Source: Bacteroidota bacterium (GTDB lineage Bacteria > Bacteroidota > Bacteroidia > UKL13-3). From it: a DNA stretch of 64,000 bases. The stretch lies in assembly GCA_025359805.1 (NCBI GenBank), contig JANYDU010000001.1, positions 15,421 to 79,420 on the forward strand. The letters are read 5' to 3'. Both the position numbers and the translations under genes were made by a program. A model generated the notes under the pieces. It saw nothing but the letters and a program-made list of their open reading frames with translations, was not told where the DNA came from and did not search any database. Shown here in pieces: positions 1 to 8,934 of the stretch; position 1 is the stretch's first letter; the number at the start of each line of letters is the position of its first letter.

Positions 1-724
1 TGGCAATAGCCACTGTTCCTTTTTCTTCAGACACCACTAAAACAATGGCATCGGTTTGCTCTGTAATTCCAATAGCCGATAGGTGACGAAGCCCATATTT
101 ATTTTGTATATCGGGGTTATCGCTTACTGGTAAAACTGCATTGGCGGCTTTAATTTTACTACTGGCAATAATTACTGCACCATCGTGTAAAGGGCTATAT
201 TTATTAAAAATACTAATGAGCAAACGTTTGGTAATATGGGCATCAATTATTTCTCCGCTGGTGCCAATAAATTTCATTTCTGAAGTTTTGGGCATCACAA
301 TAATTGCCCCTTGATGTGTTTCTGCTAAAAATTCACAAGCATCTACAATTTCTTCAAAATCGGTATGAAAACTTTTTTCTATTTTCCAGTTCCAAGGTAA
401 AAATCTAAAGATGGATTTTTTTTCAGCCAAAAAACTTCGCTTGCCTACTATTAATAAAAACTTTCTAATCTCTTGTTGAAAAACAATTAAAATGGCGAGA
501 AATCCAACTTTGGTAAATTCACCCAAAGTCCATTCCAATAAGGGCATTTTAAAGTATTTAACCACCAACCAAAAAATATAAATGGTGATGAGTCCAATTA
601 ACATATTAAAAGCCAAACTGCCTTTTAATAGCCTATACAATTGATGCAAAATTCCTATCACCAACAATACGTCAATGCAGTTAACTAAGGTAAATTTCCA
701 ATCATAAAAATTAAATATTTCCAT
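1..724 (-). CDS. dacA: Diadenylate cyclase CdaA/DacA (DisA_N domain, N-terminal TM helices); 3' end runs off the window
   Basis: Absent from the ORF track; translated by hand from ATG 724: MEIFNFYDWKFTLVNCIDVLLVIGILHQLYRLLKGSLAFN...SPLHDGAVII...KYGLRHLSAIGITEQTDAIVLVVSEEKG. It has the DGA and RHx motifs and lies directly after folP, a usual arrangement in Bacteroidota. Confidence 0.93.
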   Translation of the reverse strand, partial: MEIFNFYDWKFTLVNCIDVLLVIGILHQLYRLLKGSLAFNMLIGLITIYIFWLVVKYFKMPLLEWTLGEFTKVGFLAILIVFQQEIRKFLLIVGKRSFLAEKKSIFRFLPWNWKIEKSFHTDFEEIVDACEFLAETHQGAIIVMPKTSEMKFIGTSGEIIDAHITKRLLISIFNKYSPLHDGAVIIASSKIKAANAVLPVSDNPDIQNKYGLRHLSAIGITEQTDAIVLVVSEEKGTVAIA

Positions 725-1625
725 GTGTAGCTTTTACAATGTTAATACATTCTGCGGCTTCTTTTACATCGTGTACTCTTAAAATAGTTGCACCATTTAA
801 TAAGGCAATTGTATTTGCTGCCGATGTTGCATTTAAAGCATGTTGCGCATCAACTCCGGCAATTTTTTGTATCATTCCTTTTCGTGATAATCCAGCTAAA
901 ATAGGCAATCCAAAAATTTGAAAATCATGAAGCGCATTTAATAATTGATAATTGTGTGTTAAACTTTTTCCAAAGCCAAAACCTGGGTCAATAATTATAT
1001 CAGTAATTCCTACAGCTTTTGCATCAGCCACTTTTTGTGTAAAATAATTCATCACTTCAAGTACTACGTTTTTATACTCAGGATTGAGTTGCATATTTTT
1101 AGGAGATCCTTTTTTATGCATCATTATATAGGGTACTTTTAATTTTGCAACCGTGGCATGCATCTCCACATCATCATCTCCGCTTGAAATATCGTTTACA
1201 ATTTGCGCTCCGGAATGTATCGCTTCATGTGCTACTTTTGCTCTAAAAGTATCGATAGAAATAATGGCTTCCGGAAATTTTTTAGCAACTGTTTCCACAA
1301 TTGGAATAGCTCTTTTTAACTCCTCTTCAACAGATATATCATCTGCTCCTGGTCGGGTTGAGTATGCTCCAATATCAATGAAGGTTGCTCCATCTTTAAG
1401 CATTTTTTCCGTTTGTTTTAAGGCTTCATCTAAAATAAAATGCTTGCCGCCATCATAAAAAGAATCGGGTGTAACATTGAGGATTCCCATTACTAAAGGG
1501 TTTTCGAGGTTGATGAGCCGTCCTCCACAATTTAAAGTTATTTTTCTAAATAGGGTTTGCAATTTGATTTGGTCTGTTATTTTTGTTGGGTCAACAAATA
1601 AACAACTCTCAACTTGATTAATCAA
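711..1625 (-). CDS. folP: Dihydropteroate synthase
   Basis: Motifs VMGILNVTPDSFYDGG, IDIGAYSTRPG, SIDTF, DPGFGFGK, GLSRK, LRVHDV. The true start is probably downstream of 1625, since the ORF overlaps the divergent gene. Confidence 0.97.
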   Translation of the reverse strand: MINQVESCLFVDPTKITDQIKLQTLFRKITLNCGGRLINLENPLVMGILNVTPDSFYDGGKHFILDEALKQTEKMLKDGATFIDIGAYSTRPGADDISVEEELKRAIPIVETVAKKFPEAIISIDTFRAKVAHEAIHSGAQIVNDISSGDDDVEMHATVAKLKVPYIMMHKKGSPKNMQLNPEYKNVVLEVMNYFTQKVADAKAVGITDIIIDPGFGFGKSLTHNYQLLNALHDFQIFGLPILAGLSRKGMIQKIAGVDAQHALNATSAANTIALLNGATILRVHDVKEAAECINIVKATHGNI

Positions 1626-2159
1626 ACTTCATCACAATACGATTCGGCAATTACAAAATGTCGCAACATCTTTATCAAAAAAAATAAAGATTATGGAACT
1701 TCATGGCGAGTAATGCGTTTATCATCTATTACCGATCAAATTTTTATTAAAGCTCAACGATTAAAAACCATTGAACTAAAAGGCGAACAAAAAATAGGTG
1801 ACGATGAAATATCAGAGTACATAGGCATTGTTAATTATTGTGTGATAGGATTAATTCAGTTGGAATTAAAAGAGTCAACTGAAATGGAATTGCAAACCGA
1901 GCTACTTACTACTTTATATGATAAATATATTTTGTTAACTAAAAGTTTAATGGAAGAAAAAAATCATGATTACGGAGAAGCTTGGCGAGATATGAGAGTG
2001 AGTACATTTACGGATATGATTTTGATGCGACTATTACGAATTAAACAAATTGAAGATAGCCACGGAAAAACGATTATGAGTGAAGGTGTGGATGCAAACT
2101 TGCAGGATATGATTAATTATTCGGTATTTGCATTAATACGTTTGGCGGAAAAAAATTAG
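1614..2159 (+). CDS. DUF1599 (nucleotide-modification-associated domain) tandem protein
   Basis: Two internal repeats: KNKDYGTSW..R..S.TDQI and KNHDYGEAW..R..TFTDMI, each followed by D/E.xxNY. Confidence 0.8.
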   Translation: MINQTSSQYDSAITKCRNIFIKKNKDYGTSWRVMRLSSITDQIFIKAQRLKTIELKGEQKIGDDEISEYIGIVNYCVIGLIQLELKESTEMELQTELLTTLYDKYILLTKSLMEEKNHDYGEAWRDMRVSTFTDMILMRLLRIKQIEDSHGKTIMSEGVDANLQDMINYSVFALIRLAEKN

Positions 2160-2216
2160 GAAATAATTAAGGTATAGAAAACGATTTTTGTTTTCATAAA
2201 ACAAATTCAAATCAGC

Positions 2217-3335
2217 ATGAAAATAGTAGCACAAATAAGCAGAGTTTTAGTAGGCGTTTTATTTATTATTTCGGGATTTATAAAAGCAAATGATACGATA
2301 GGGTTTTCCTATAAATTAGAAGAATATTTTGAAATTTTTCACATGCCATTCTTTGCCCATTATGCTGTGGCGATTGCCATGTTTATTTGCATTTTTGAAA
2401 TTATTGTTGGTGTTGCATTATTGCTTGGTGCGTATTCAAAATTAAATGCGTGGTTGCTTTTGTTGATGATTGTTTTTTTTACACTTCTTACCGGATATTC
2501 AGCCATAACAGGAAAGGTTACAGATTGTGGTTGTTTTGGTGATGCCATTAAATTAAAACCTGTTCAATCGTTTATAAAAGATGTAGTATTATTAGTTTTT
2601 ATATTGATTGTTTTTATTAGAAACAAAGACATCAAACCGATATTTAAAAATAAAACCATTCAAAGTATTGGATTATTTGTTGGGCTGTTGGTCACTACTT
2701 TTTTTACATTTTATACTTACATGTTTTTACCTAAGATTGATTTTTTACCCTACAAAATTGGAAACGATATAGTAAAGCAAATGGAGTATCCTGAAGGTGC
2801 TTTACGTGATAGTTTTGAAATGGTTTTTATTTATGAAAAGGATGGAAAGCAAATAGAAATTAGTTTGAATGATATTGGAAAAGTAGATACCACTTATAAA
2901 TATATTGATAGAAAAGATAAGTTAGTTAGAGAAGGATACCATCCACCTATTCATGATTTTAAATTGTATGATGCCAGTGGAATTGAATTTACCGATAGCT
3001 TATTAAAAGGAGCAGATTATAAATTAATATTGATACAAAAAACAATTACAGATTCGCGTAAAACGTTAGAGCCACAAATTGCACGTTTAGCAGAATTGTG
3101 GCAACAAAACGGAAAACAATTTTGGGCACTCACTGCAAGTCCGTTGGATGAAGTAGAGTTATATCGGCACGAAAATCAATTCACTTTTCCATATTATAAT
3201 ATGGATGCTACACCTCTTAAATCAATGGTAAGAAGCAACCCAGGTTTATTATTGATGAAAGGAAATGTGGTAGTAAAAAAATGGGGTGCATATAATTTAC
3301 CAACTTATGAAGTGGTTAAAAAATATATGAAATAA
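2217..3335 (+). CDS. DoxX/MauE-like membrane protein (BT_3928 type) with periplasmic C-terminal domain
   Basis: Four to five N-terminal TM segments, DCGCFGD motif, soluble C-terminal region ending RSNPGLLLMK. Confidence 0.8.
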   Translation: MKIVAQISRVLVGVLFIISGFIKANDTIGFSYKLEEYFEIFHMPFFAHYAVAIAMFICIFEIIVGVALLLGAYSKLNAWLLLLMIVFFTLLTGYSAITGKVTDCGCFGDAIKLKPVQSFIKDVVLLVFILIVFIRNKDIKPIFKNKTIQSIGLFVGLLVTTFFTFYTYMFLPKIDFLPYKIGNDIVKQMEYPEGALRDSFEMVFIYEKDGKQIEISLNDIGKVDTTYKYIDRKDKLVREGYHPPIHDFKLYDASGIEFTDSLLKGADYKLILIQKTITDSRKTLEPQIARLAELWQQNGKQFWALTASPLDEVELYRHENQFTFPYYNMDATPLKSMVRSNPGLLLMKGNVVVKKWGAYNLPTYEVVKKYMK

Positions 3336-3339
3336 AATA

Positions 3340-3897
3340 GTGGCAATCTCCAATACCCAACACGCATCACCCAATCTCCAACATCCAACATCTAACATTT
3401 ATCTTATAGGAATGATGGGGGTGGGAAAATCCACTATCGGAAAAAAAATGGCTTCCATACTAGGTTACATCTTTATTGATTTAGATAAAGAAATAGAGAA
3501 ACAAGAAGGCAAATCAATCAGCACCATTTTTGAAAATGAAGGAGAAGAATATTTTAGAAAATTAGAATCACAAGCTCTTCAATCCATCGAAAAAAAAAAT
3601 ATTATTATAGCAACAGGTGGAGGAACACCTTGCTATAATAATAATATGGAGCATATCAAAATGGTTGGAACAAGCATCTACTTAAAGGCGAATTCAGGAC
3701 TCATTTTTCAGAGAATACATTATCATATTGATAAACGACCTTTACTAAAAGGTATGAATGAGGAGCAGTTAAGAACCTATATTGAGCATAAAATAATTGA
3801 AAGAGAACCTTATTATAGTCAAGCTGACTATGTTTTTGGTATACCTGCATCATCAGCCGAAAGTATAGTAAAATCAATACATTTAGAGTTGTTATAG
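3340..3897 (+). CDS. aroK: Shikimate kinase
   Basis: Motifs IYLIGMMGVGKST, DLD, EGEEYFR, ATGGGTP, RPLL, REPYY. Confidence 0.95.
   Translation: MAISNTQHASPNLQHPTSNIYLIGMMGVGKSTIGKKMASILGYIFIDLDKEIEKQEGKSISTIFENEGEEYFRKLESQALQSIEKKNIIIATGGGTPCYNNNMEHIKMVGTSIYLKANSGLIFQRIHYHIDKRPLLKGMNEEQLRTYIEHKIIEREPYYSQADYVFGIPASSAESIVKSIHLELL
3344..3399 (+). repeat. Degenerate 7-nt tandem array, 8 units (CAATCTC CAATACC CAACACG CATCACC CAATCTC CAACATC CAACATC TAACATT)
   Basis: Read directly; lies inside the aroK N-terminal extension. Confidence 0.75.
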
Positions 3898-4050
3898 GTG
3901 TTCAATATTTGCTTGTTGCCCGATAATGTTGAAAACGTGTGAAAATCTTCTTTGTAAAAACTTTCAATAAACCTCTGTTGGCGCTTGCTTTATTCATTCT
4001 CTTTCATAAGTTTGTTAGTGTAATAACTAACCTTTAAAAACTTTATCATC

Positions 4051-4323
4051 ATGAACAAATCAGACTTAATTGACAACATCGCAGGTGCTGCGAAAATCAC
4101 TAAAGTACAAGCTGCTGCTGCTTTAGATTCTTTTATGAGCTCAACACAAACTGCTCTTAAAAAAGGCGACAAAGTAATCTTAGTTGGATTCGGAACTTTC
4201 TCTGTAAACAAACGTGCAGCTCGTAAAGGTCGTAATCCTCAAACAGGAAAAGAAATTAACATCCCTGCAAAAAAAGTAGTTAAATTTAAAGCAGGTGCTA
4301 ACCTACAAGCTAAAGTTAAGTAA
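4051..4323 (+). CDS. hup: HU DNA-binding protein
   Basis: MNKSDLI...[35 protein letters not shown]. Confidence 0.97.
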   Translation: MNKSDLIDNIAGAAKITKVQAAAALDSFMSSTQTALKKGDKVILVGFGTFSVNKRAARKGRNPQTGKEINIPAKKVVKFKAGANLQAKVK

Positions 4324-4343
4324 TTAACTTTTGTAGTTTAAAT

Positions 4344-4377
4344 AAAAAATCCTACTCTGTATTGAGTGGGATTTTTT
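4344..4377. terminator. Bidirectional intrinsic terminator between the convergent hup and dnaB
   Basis: aaaaaatcctactc-tgtatt-gagtgggatttttt, a stem flanked by A and T tracts. Confidence 0.85.
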
Positions 4378-4640
4378 TTGCGATTTTTTTCAACTTTGAA
4401 AATTAGAAAGGACAACCGTTAATTTTTTTTTGAACAAGATTTAGAGAAGCTCAACTAAAAGAAACTAAAAGCTGTAAAATGAATTTAGAGCTGTAATTAA
4501 TGAGTTGAGTTTTTAAGTAGATTTTATTTTCAAAAGACACTGATAGTATCAATCAAAAAATGATTAGAGCAACTTTGAATGACTTTAAATAAGTTGATAC
4601 TAGTTATTGAATTAGAAGAAACTTTAGTGCAATACAAACT

Positions 4641-4683
4641 CTCCATCTCACTAATTCACTTCTCATTAATCACTCCTCATTCT
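4641..4683. repeat. Degenerate heptamer array just downstream of dnaB
   Basis: ctccatc tcactaa ttcactt ctcatta atcactc ctcattc. Confidence 0.6.
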
Positions 4684-4689
4684 TTATCC

Positions 4690-6210
4690 CTAAAACGGAG
4701 CTGGAGTATATTCATCATCATCAATTCCCATATCATTTAGTTTGGAACTAATGGTAATGGTTCCGGGATTATCCGTCAATACACTTGGGTCATTTTGGAA
4801 TTCAAAATCAGTAATATCTTTAAATTTAGTAAACTCATGCACAAAGCGCATGCGCACCTTATCCAATGCTCCATTACGATGCTTAGCAATATGCAATTCT
4901 GCAATTCCAAAGGTTGAACTGCCATCTTCAAATGCGGTAATTTGATAATATTCAGGTCGGTAAATAAACATTACCATATCCGCATCTTGCTCAATAGAAC
5001 CCGATTCACGCAAATCCGACAGCATTGGAATGGCTGCTGTTCCACGCTTTTCTGATGCCCTGCTTAATTGTGCCAATGCAATAACAGGTACATCTAATTC
5101 TTTTGCTAATGCTTTTAATGAACGTGAAATATAACTTACTTCTTGCTCACGATTTCCATTTTTATTATTTGAATCATCGCCACGCATCAACTGCAAATAA
5201 TCAATCACAATCATGTCGATATTATTTTGTTCTTTCAATCTTCTACATTTTGATCGCAACTCAAAAATAGAAAGTGAAGGCGTATCATCAATAAAAATAG
5301 GAGCTTCATTTAAGCGAGCAATTTTACTGTTTAATTGTTGCCATTCATGTTCGGCAAGTGTTCCTTTTCTTAGTTTATCGCCAGTAATTTCTGCCTCTCC
5401 ACTAATCATACGAGTAACCAATTGTTTTGACGACATTTCTAAAGAAAAGATAGCAACTGCTCTTGGAGTTTCGGCTGATAATGATGCATTGCGAGCAAGT
5501 GTTAATGCCAATGCTGTTTTTCCCATGCCGGGACGAGCCGCAAGAATAATTAAATCAGATTTTTGAAAACCAGAAGTGATGCGATCTAATTTAGTGAAGC
5601 CCGAAGGAATTCCTGTTAATCCGCCTTCTTTATCTTTTAATGATTCAATTTCTCGAATAGCTTCTTTAATCACATAATTCATTTGTTTGTAATCGCGCTT
5701 AATATTTCCTTGCGATACTTCAAATAATTTTTTCTCGGCACTATCTAATAATTCAAACGCATCAGTTCCTTCTTCAAAAGATTCGCGTTGTATTTCACTT
5801 GAGATGCGAATGAGTTCACGTTGAATAAATTTTTGTGCAATGATACGTGCATGGTATTCAATGTTTGCTGCCGATGCTACTCTATTGGTAAGCATGGTAA
5901 TAAAATAGGCACCACCTACAATATCCAATTGCCCACGTTTACGAAGCTCAGATGTTACCGTTAAAATATCTATGGGTTGGGCATTACTAAACAAATCACG
6001 AATGGTTTGAAAAATAATAACGTGAGATTCCTTATAAAAACTTTCGGGTCTTAAAATATCAGAAATAATAGTAATGGCATTTTTTTCCAACATCAACGCT
6101 CCAAGTACAGCCTCTTCTAAATCTGTTGCCTGAGGTTGTAATTTTCCGCCTTCAATAAATGTATTGATATCTATATTTCTTACTCTCTTATTTTTTGTAT
6201 TGTCTGCCAT
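4690..6210 (-). CDS. dnaB: Replicative DNA helicase
   Basis: LEEAVLGALML N-domain, AARPGMGKT Walker A, FSLEM, IDYLQLM, LAQLSR, SDLRESGSIEQDAD, IAKHRNG. No intein. Confidence 0.98.
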   Translation of the reverse strand: MADNTKNKRVRNIDINTFIEGGKLQPQATDLEEAVLGALMLEKNAITIISDILRPESFYKESHVIIFQTIRDLFSNAQPIDILTVTSELRKRGQLDIVGGAYFITMLTNRVASAANIEYHARIIAQKFIQRELIRISSEIQRESFEEGTDAFELLDSAEKKLFEVSQGNIKRDYKQMNYVIKEAIREIESLKDKEGGLTGIPSGFTKLDRITSGFQKSDLIILAARPGMGKTALALTLARNASLSAETPRAVAIFSLEMSSKQLVTRMISGEAEITGDKLRKGTLAEHEWQQLNSKIARLNEAPIFIDDTPSLSIFELRSKCRRLKEQNNIDMIVIDYLQLMRGDDSNNKNGNREQEVSYISRSLKALAKELDVPVIALAQLSRASEKRGTAAIPMLSDLRESGSIEQDADMVMFIYRPEYYQITAFEDGSSTFGIAELHIAKHRNGALDKVRMRFVHEFTKFKDITDFEFQNDPSVLTDNPGTITISSKLNDMGIDDDEYTPAPF

Positions 6211-6256
6211 GTTTTCTTACGCACTCAATCTTTATTTTTTCTAATTGATCACCTCT

Positions 6257-6264
6257 CAAATGTA
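6257..6264 (-). promoter_or_regulatory. Bacteroidota -7 promoter box TACATTTG upstream of dnaB
   Basis: Exact match to TAnnTTTG, 47 nt upstream of the ATG. No well-spaced -33 element seen. Confidence 0.55.
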
Positions 6265-6740
6265 AAATTAAGGTTGATTCAAAAAATATTTACTTGTATC
6301 GTTTTCACTTGTACACATGTTTCTTAAATGATGTGTATCAAATGTGAATTGAAATACAAAAGTTAATCTAATTACTTAACCATCATTCTATACTTTTCAA
6401 CATGGTATGCGATGATGATTAATTTTTACCACTCGTAACTGTTTGATTTAGGTTAACGGTTTTATAGAGATAATAATTTTTTAACATGCAATATTGGATA
6501 TAAAATCATTGACATTTAAAAGTATTGGTACAAAAAGGCAATGCCTCTAAAAGCTCATTTGGCAAGGGTTTAAGCGATTTATTAATGTAACATGCTGATA
6601 ATGAATTAACATAAATTTTAGAATTATTTTGGGTTGCTTTTTTTAAAATCGAACAGTGAAATAAGTTAAGCATTTGATAATACATTTTTGTGATTGTGAT
6701 TAACCGAAAAAGTACATATTTGTAGCTCTTTATTTTTTGT

Positions 6741-8846
6741 ATGATTAGTAAAACGGGTTTACTTTTTTTTGTATATATATTTTTAGTTGTTAAGCTATAC
6801 GGGCAAAGTGGATTTAGTCAACAAAACACAAATGTTGGCAGATTAAGTATGACTTTTAGTAATGCGGGAACTGTTGGAAACCCCAAAATAGCAAGTAATA
6901 CACAAGGGCTTTCTTCTATGGCATTTCCTCAAAAAGGTAAAGAACATTTATTTGAATCAGGCTTTTGGGTTGGAGCAGTTGTAAATGGGCAAAAATTAGT
7001 TTCTACAAGTGCGTTTGATGCTTCTTCAGGATATTCTACTGGAGCTTCGGGTTATGAGTTTAGTCCGCTTGGCCAACCTTCTCAACGTTCATCATTAACA
7101 AGCAGTTCAAATTATACGTCATCCGCAATTTCACATCAAGATATGTTATTTAATTGTTTTGATGATAGTACCATTGTTCCTGGAACCAGCTTCCCAATTG
7201 CCGGTCACGTTAATCCTTTAGGGGCACATGTACATTTAGAAACCTATGCTTGGAATTATCCTTATGCCGATTTTTTTGTGATTTGTGAATACACCATCAC
7301 CAATAAATCAACTAAACGTTGGGATTCTGTTTGGCTTGCTCAATGGGCCGATTTGGTGGTAAGGAATGTAAACGTAACCCGACAAACTGGAACAAACTTT
7401 TATAACAAAGGAAGAAACGGAGTTGATAATTTTTATAAATCAATTTATGCTTATTTGAGTGATGTAAATGCTGATGATATTAATTTCATCCAATCTTATG
7501 GAGCCATGCAATTTTTGGGTATAAATTGGAGGGGGATGTTTTTTAATCCTGATAAACCTGACACGTTTATTTCGAGAGGATTTACCAAACCTCAAGTGAA
7601 TTATAATTTTTGGAATTTCACTGCCGTTACTCCAGAATATACAAAACCCAGTGACGATTTAACACGTTATGATAGAATGGGAATTACTGTTGACTCAGCA
7701 ACTTTATACAATTCAAACGGCCCTGTAAATGGAGCTCCAAATAATTGGATTCAACTATTATCTGCTGGTCCATTAGTAAGTGTTGAACCCGGAGAATCTT
7801 TTAGTTATGTGGTAGCTTATGTGGCTGCAAATAAATTAGGAACACAACAAGTAGCCGGAGGAGGCTATACCAGCACAACTGCAACAAGAGCAGAATTAAC
7901 AGAACATTTTAAAAGAACTCGTGCTACGTATTTAGGAGAAGATGTAAATGGTGAAGGAAAATATAAACCAGAATTGGATGTGAATGGAAATGGAAAATTA
8001 GATCATTATGTATTGCCCACTCCACCTGCAACCCCACGTATAAAAATTATTGCATCAGATAATAAAGCAGAAATTTATTGGGATGCAGCTTCTATTGAAT
8101 CTGTGGATCCTGTTTCTCGCAAAAAAGATTTTGAAGGTTATAGAATTTACAGAACAAATATTGGCGATGATTTAAATCAAAGTTTATCCGATAATCAAAA
8201 CGTTATTGCTCAATGGGATTCTGTCGGAAATACAATTGGATATAATAATGGGTTTGACCAAATAAAATTATCATCACCCAAAATATTTGATGGCGATACC
8301 ATACAATATTGGTTTAAATATGAAATGGACAATTTGCAAAATGGCTGGCAATATTTATTTATTGTAACTGCTTTTGATGAAGGCGATGATCAACTTGGAA
8401 TTGAATCTTTAGAATCATCGCATACCGAAAGTGCAACAAGTGTATATGCAGGTACAACAGCAATGGCAATTACCGAAAAAAACTCAACTCATATTGGCGT
8501 GTATCCAAATCCCTATAAAACTACTGCTGCTTGGGATGGAAACACATCTCGCACACACAAAATTTATTTTTATAATATTCCTGATAAATGTGATATTCAT
8601 ATTTATACAAGCAGTGGTGATTTAATTGCAACACTTAATCATGATGCACAAACTTATAAAGGCGATGATTCAAAATGGTTTCAACAATTTAGCACCAACG
8701 ATAAAAAAGTTTTTTCGGGAGGTGAGCACGCTTGGGATATTTTATCAGATTATAAAACACAAATTGCAACTGGTGTATATTTATTTACCGTAAAGGATTT
8801 AAAAACTGGAAATGTAGAAGTTGGTAAATTTGTAATTATAAAATAG
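6741..8846 (+). CDS. Secreted protein with Ca-binding DxNGxG loops, an FN3-like segment and a C-terminal T9SS/FlgD-like domain
   Basis: Signal peptide; EDVNGEG and LDVNGNGKLD; AEIYWD..FEGYRIY..YLFIVTAFD; C-terminus VYPNPY...HAWDILS...ATGVYLFTV...GKFVIIK. Confidence 0.7.
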   Translation: MISKTGLLFFVYIFLVVKLYGQSGFSQQNTNVGRLSMTFSNAGTVGNPKIASNTQGLSSMAFPQKGKEHLFESGFWVGAVVNGQKLVSTSAFDASSGYSTGASGYEFSPLGQPSQRSSLTSSSNYTSSAISHQDMLFNCFDDSTIVPGTSFPIAGHVNPLGAHVHLETYAWNYPYADFFVICEYTITNKSTKRWDSVWLAQWADLVVRNVNVTRQTGTNFYNKGRNGVDNFYKSIYAYLSDVNADDINFIQSYGAMQFLGINWRGMFFNPDKPDTFISRGFTKPQVNYNFWNFTAVTPEYTKPSDDLTRYDRMGITVDSATLYNSNGPVNGAPNNWIQLLSAGPLVSVEPGESFSYVVAYVAANKLGTQQVAGGGYTSTTATRAELTEHFKRTRATYLGEDVNGEGKYKPELDVNGNGKLDHYVLPTPPATPRIKIIASDNKAEIYWDAASIESVDPVSRKKDFEGYRIYRTNIGDDLNQSLSDNQNVIAQWDSVGNTIGYNNGFDQIKLSSPKIFDGDTIQYWFKYEMDNLQNGWQYLFIVTAFDEGDDQLGIESLESSHTESATSVYAGTTAMAITEKNSTHIGVYPNPYKTTAAWDGNTSRTHKIYFYNIPDKCDIHIYTSSGDLIATLNHDAQTYKGDDSKWFQQFSTNDKKVFSGGEHAWDILSDYKTQIATGVYLFTVKDLKTGNVEVGKFVIIK

Positions 8847-8856
8847 ATTGCCCAAT

Positions 8857-8878
8857 TGTTCTCGACTACGTTCGAACA
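8857..8878. repeat. Single REP-like palindrome of the Bacteroidota GTTCTCGACTACGxTCGAAC type
   Basis: tgttctcgactacgttcgaaca, an imperfect hairpin just after the stop codon. Confidence 0.5.
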
Positions 8879-8886
8879 GACATTTA

Positions 8887-8934
8887 AACTAACAACTATA
8901 AACTAATAACTAAACAACTAATAACTAAACAACA
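8887..8934 (+). repeat. AACTAA(T/AC) 7-8 nt tandem array abutting the ATG at 8935
   Basis: aactaac aactata aactaat aactaaac aactaat aactaaac aaca-ATG. Confidence 0.75.

Noticed and set aside
3900-4050. DnaA-box cluster or 73-aa minus-strand ORF upstream of hup
   Set aside because: tgttgaaaa and tgtgaaaat are weak matches in AT-rich DNA. The 3990..4211 ORF is antisense shadow of hup.
4690-6210. Intein in dnaB
   Set aside because: The length (506 aa) and contiguous helicase motifs leave no room for one.
6211-6740. Replication origin in the 530-bp AT-rich gap beside dnaB
   Set aside because: Only scattered two-mismatch DnaA-box-like 9-mers (ttttcaaca, tgctgataa), with no ordered array and no dnaA or gidA nearby. 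A GC-skew computation would be needed.
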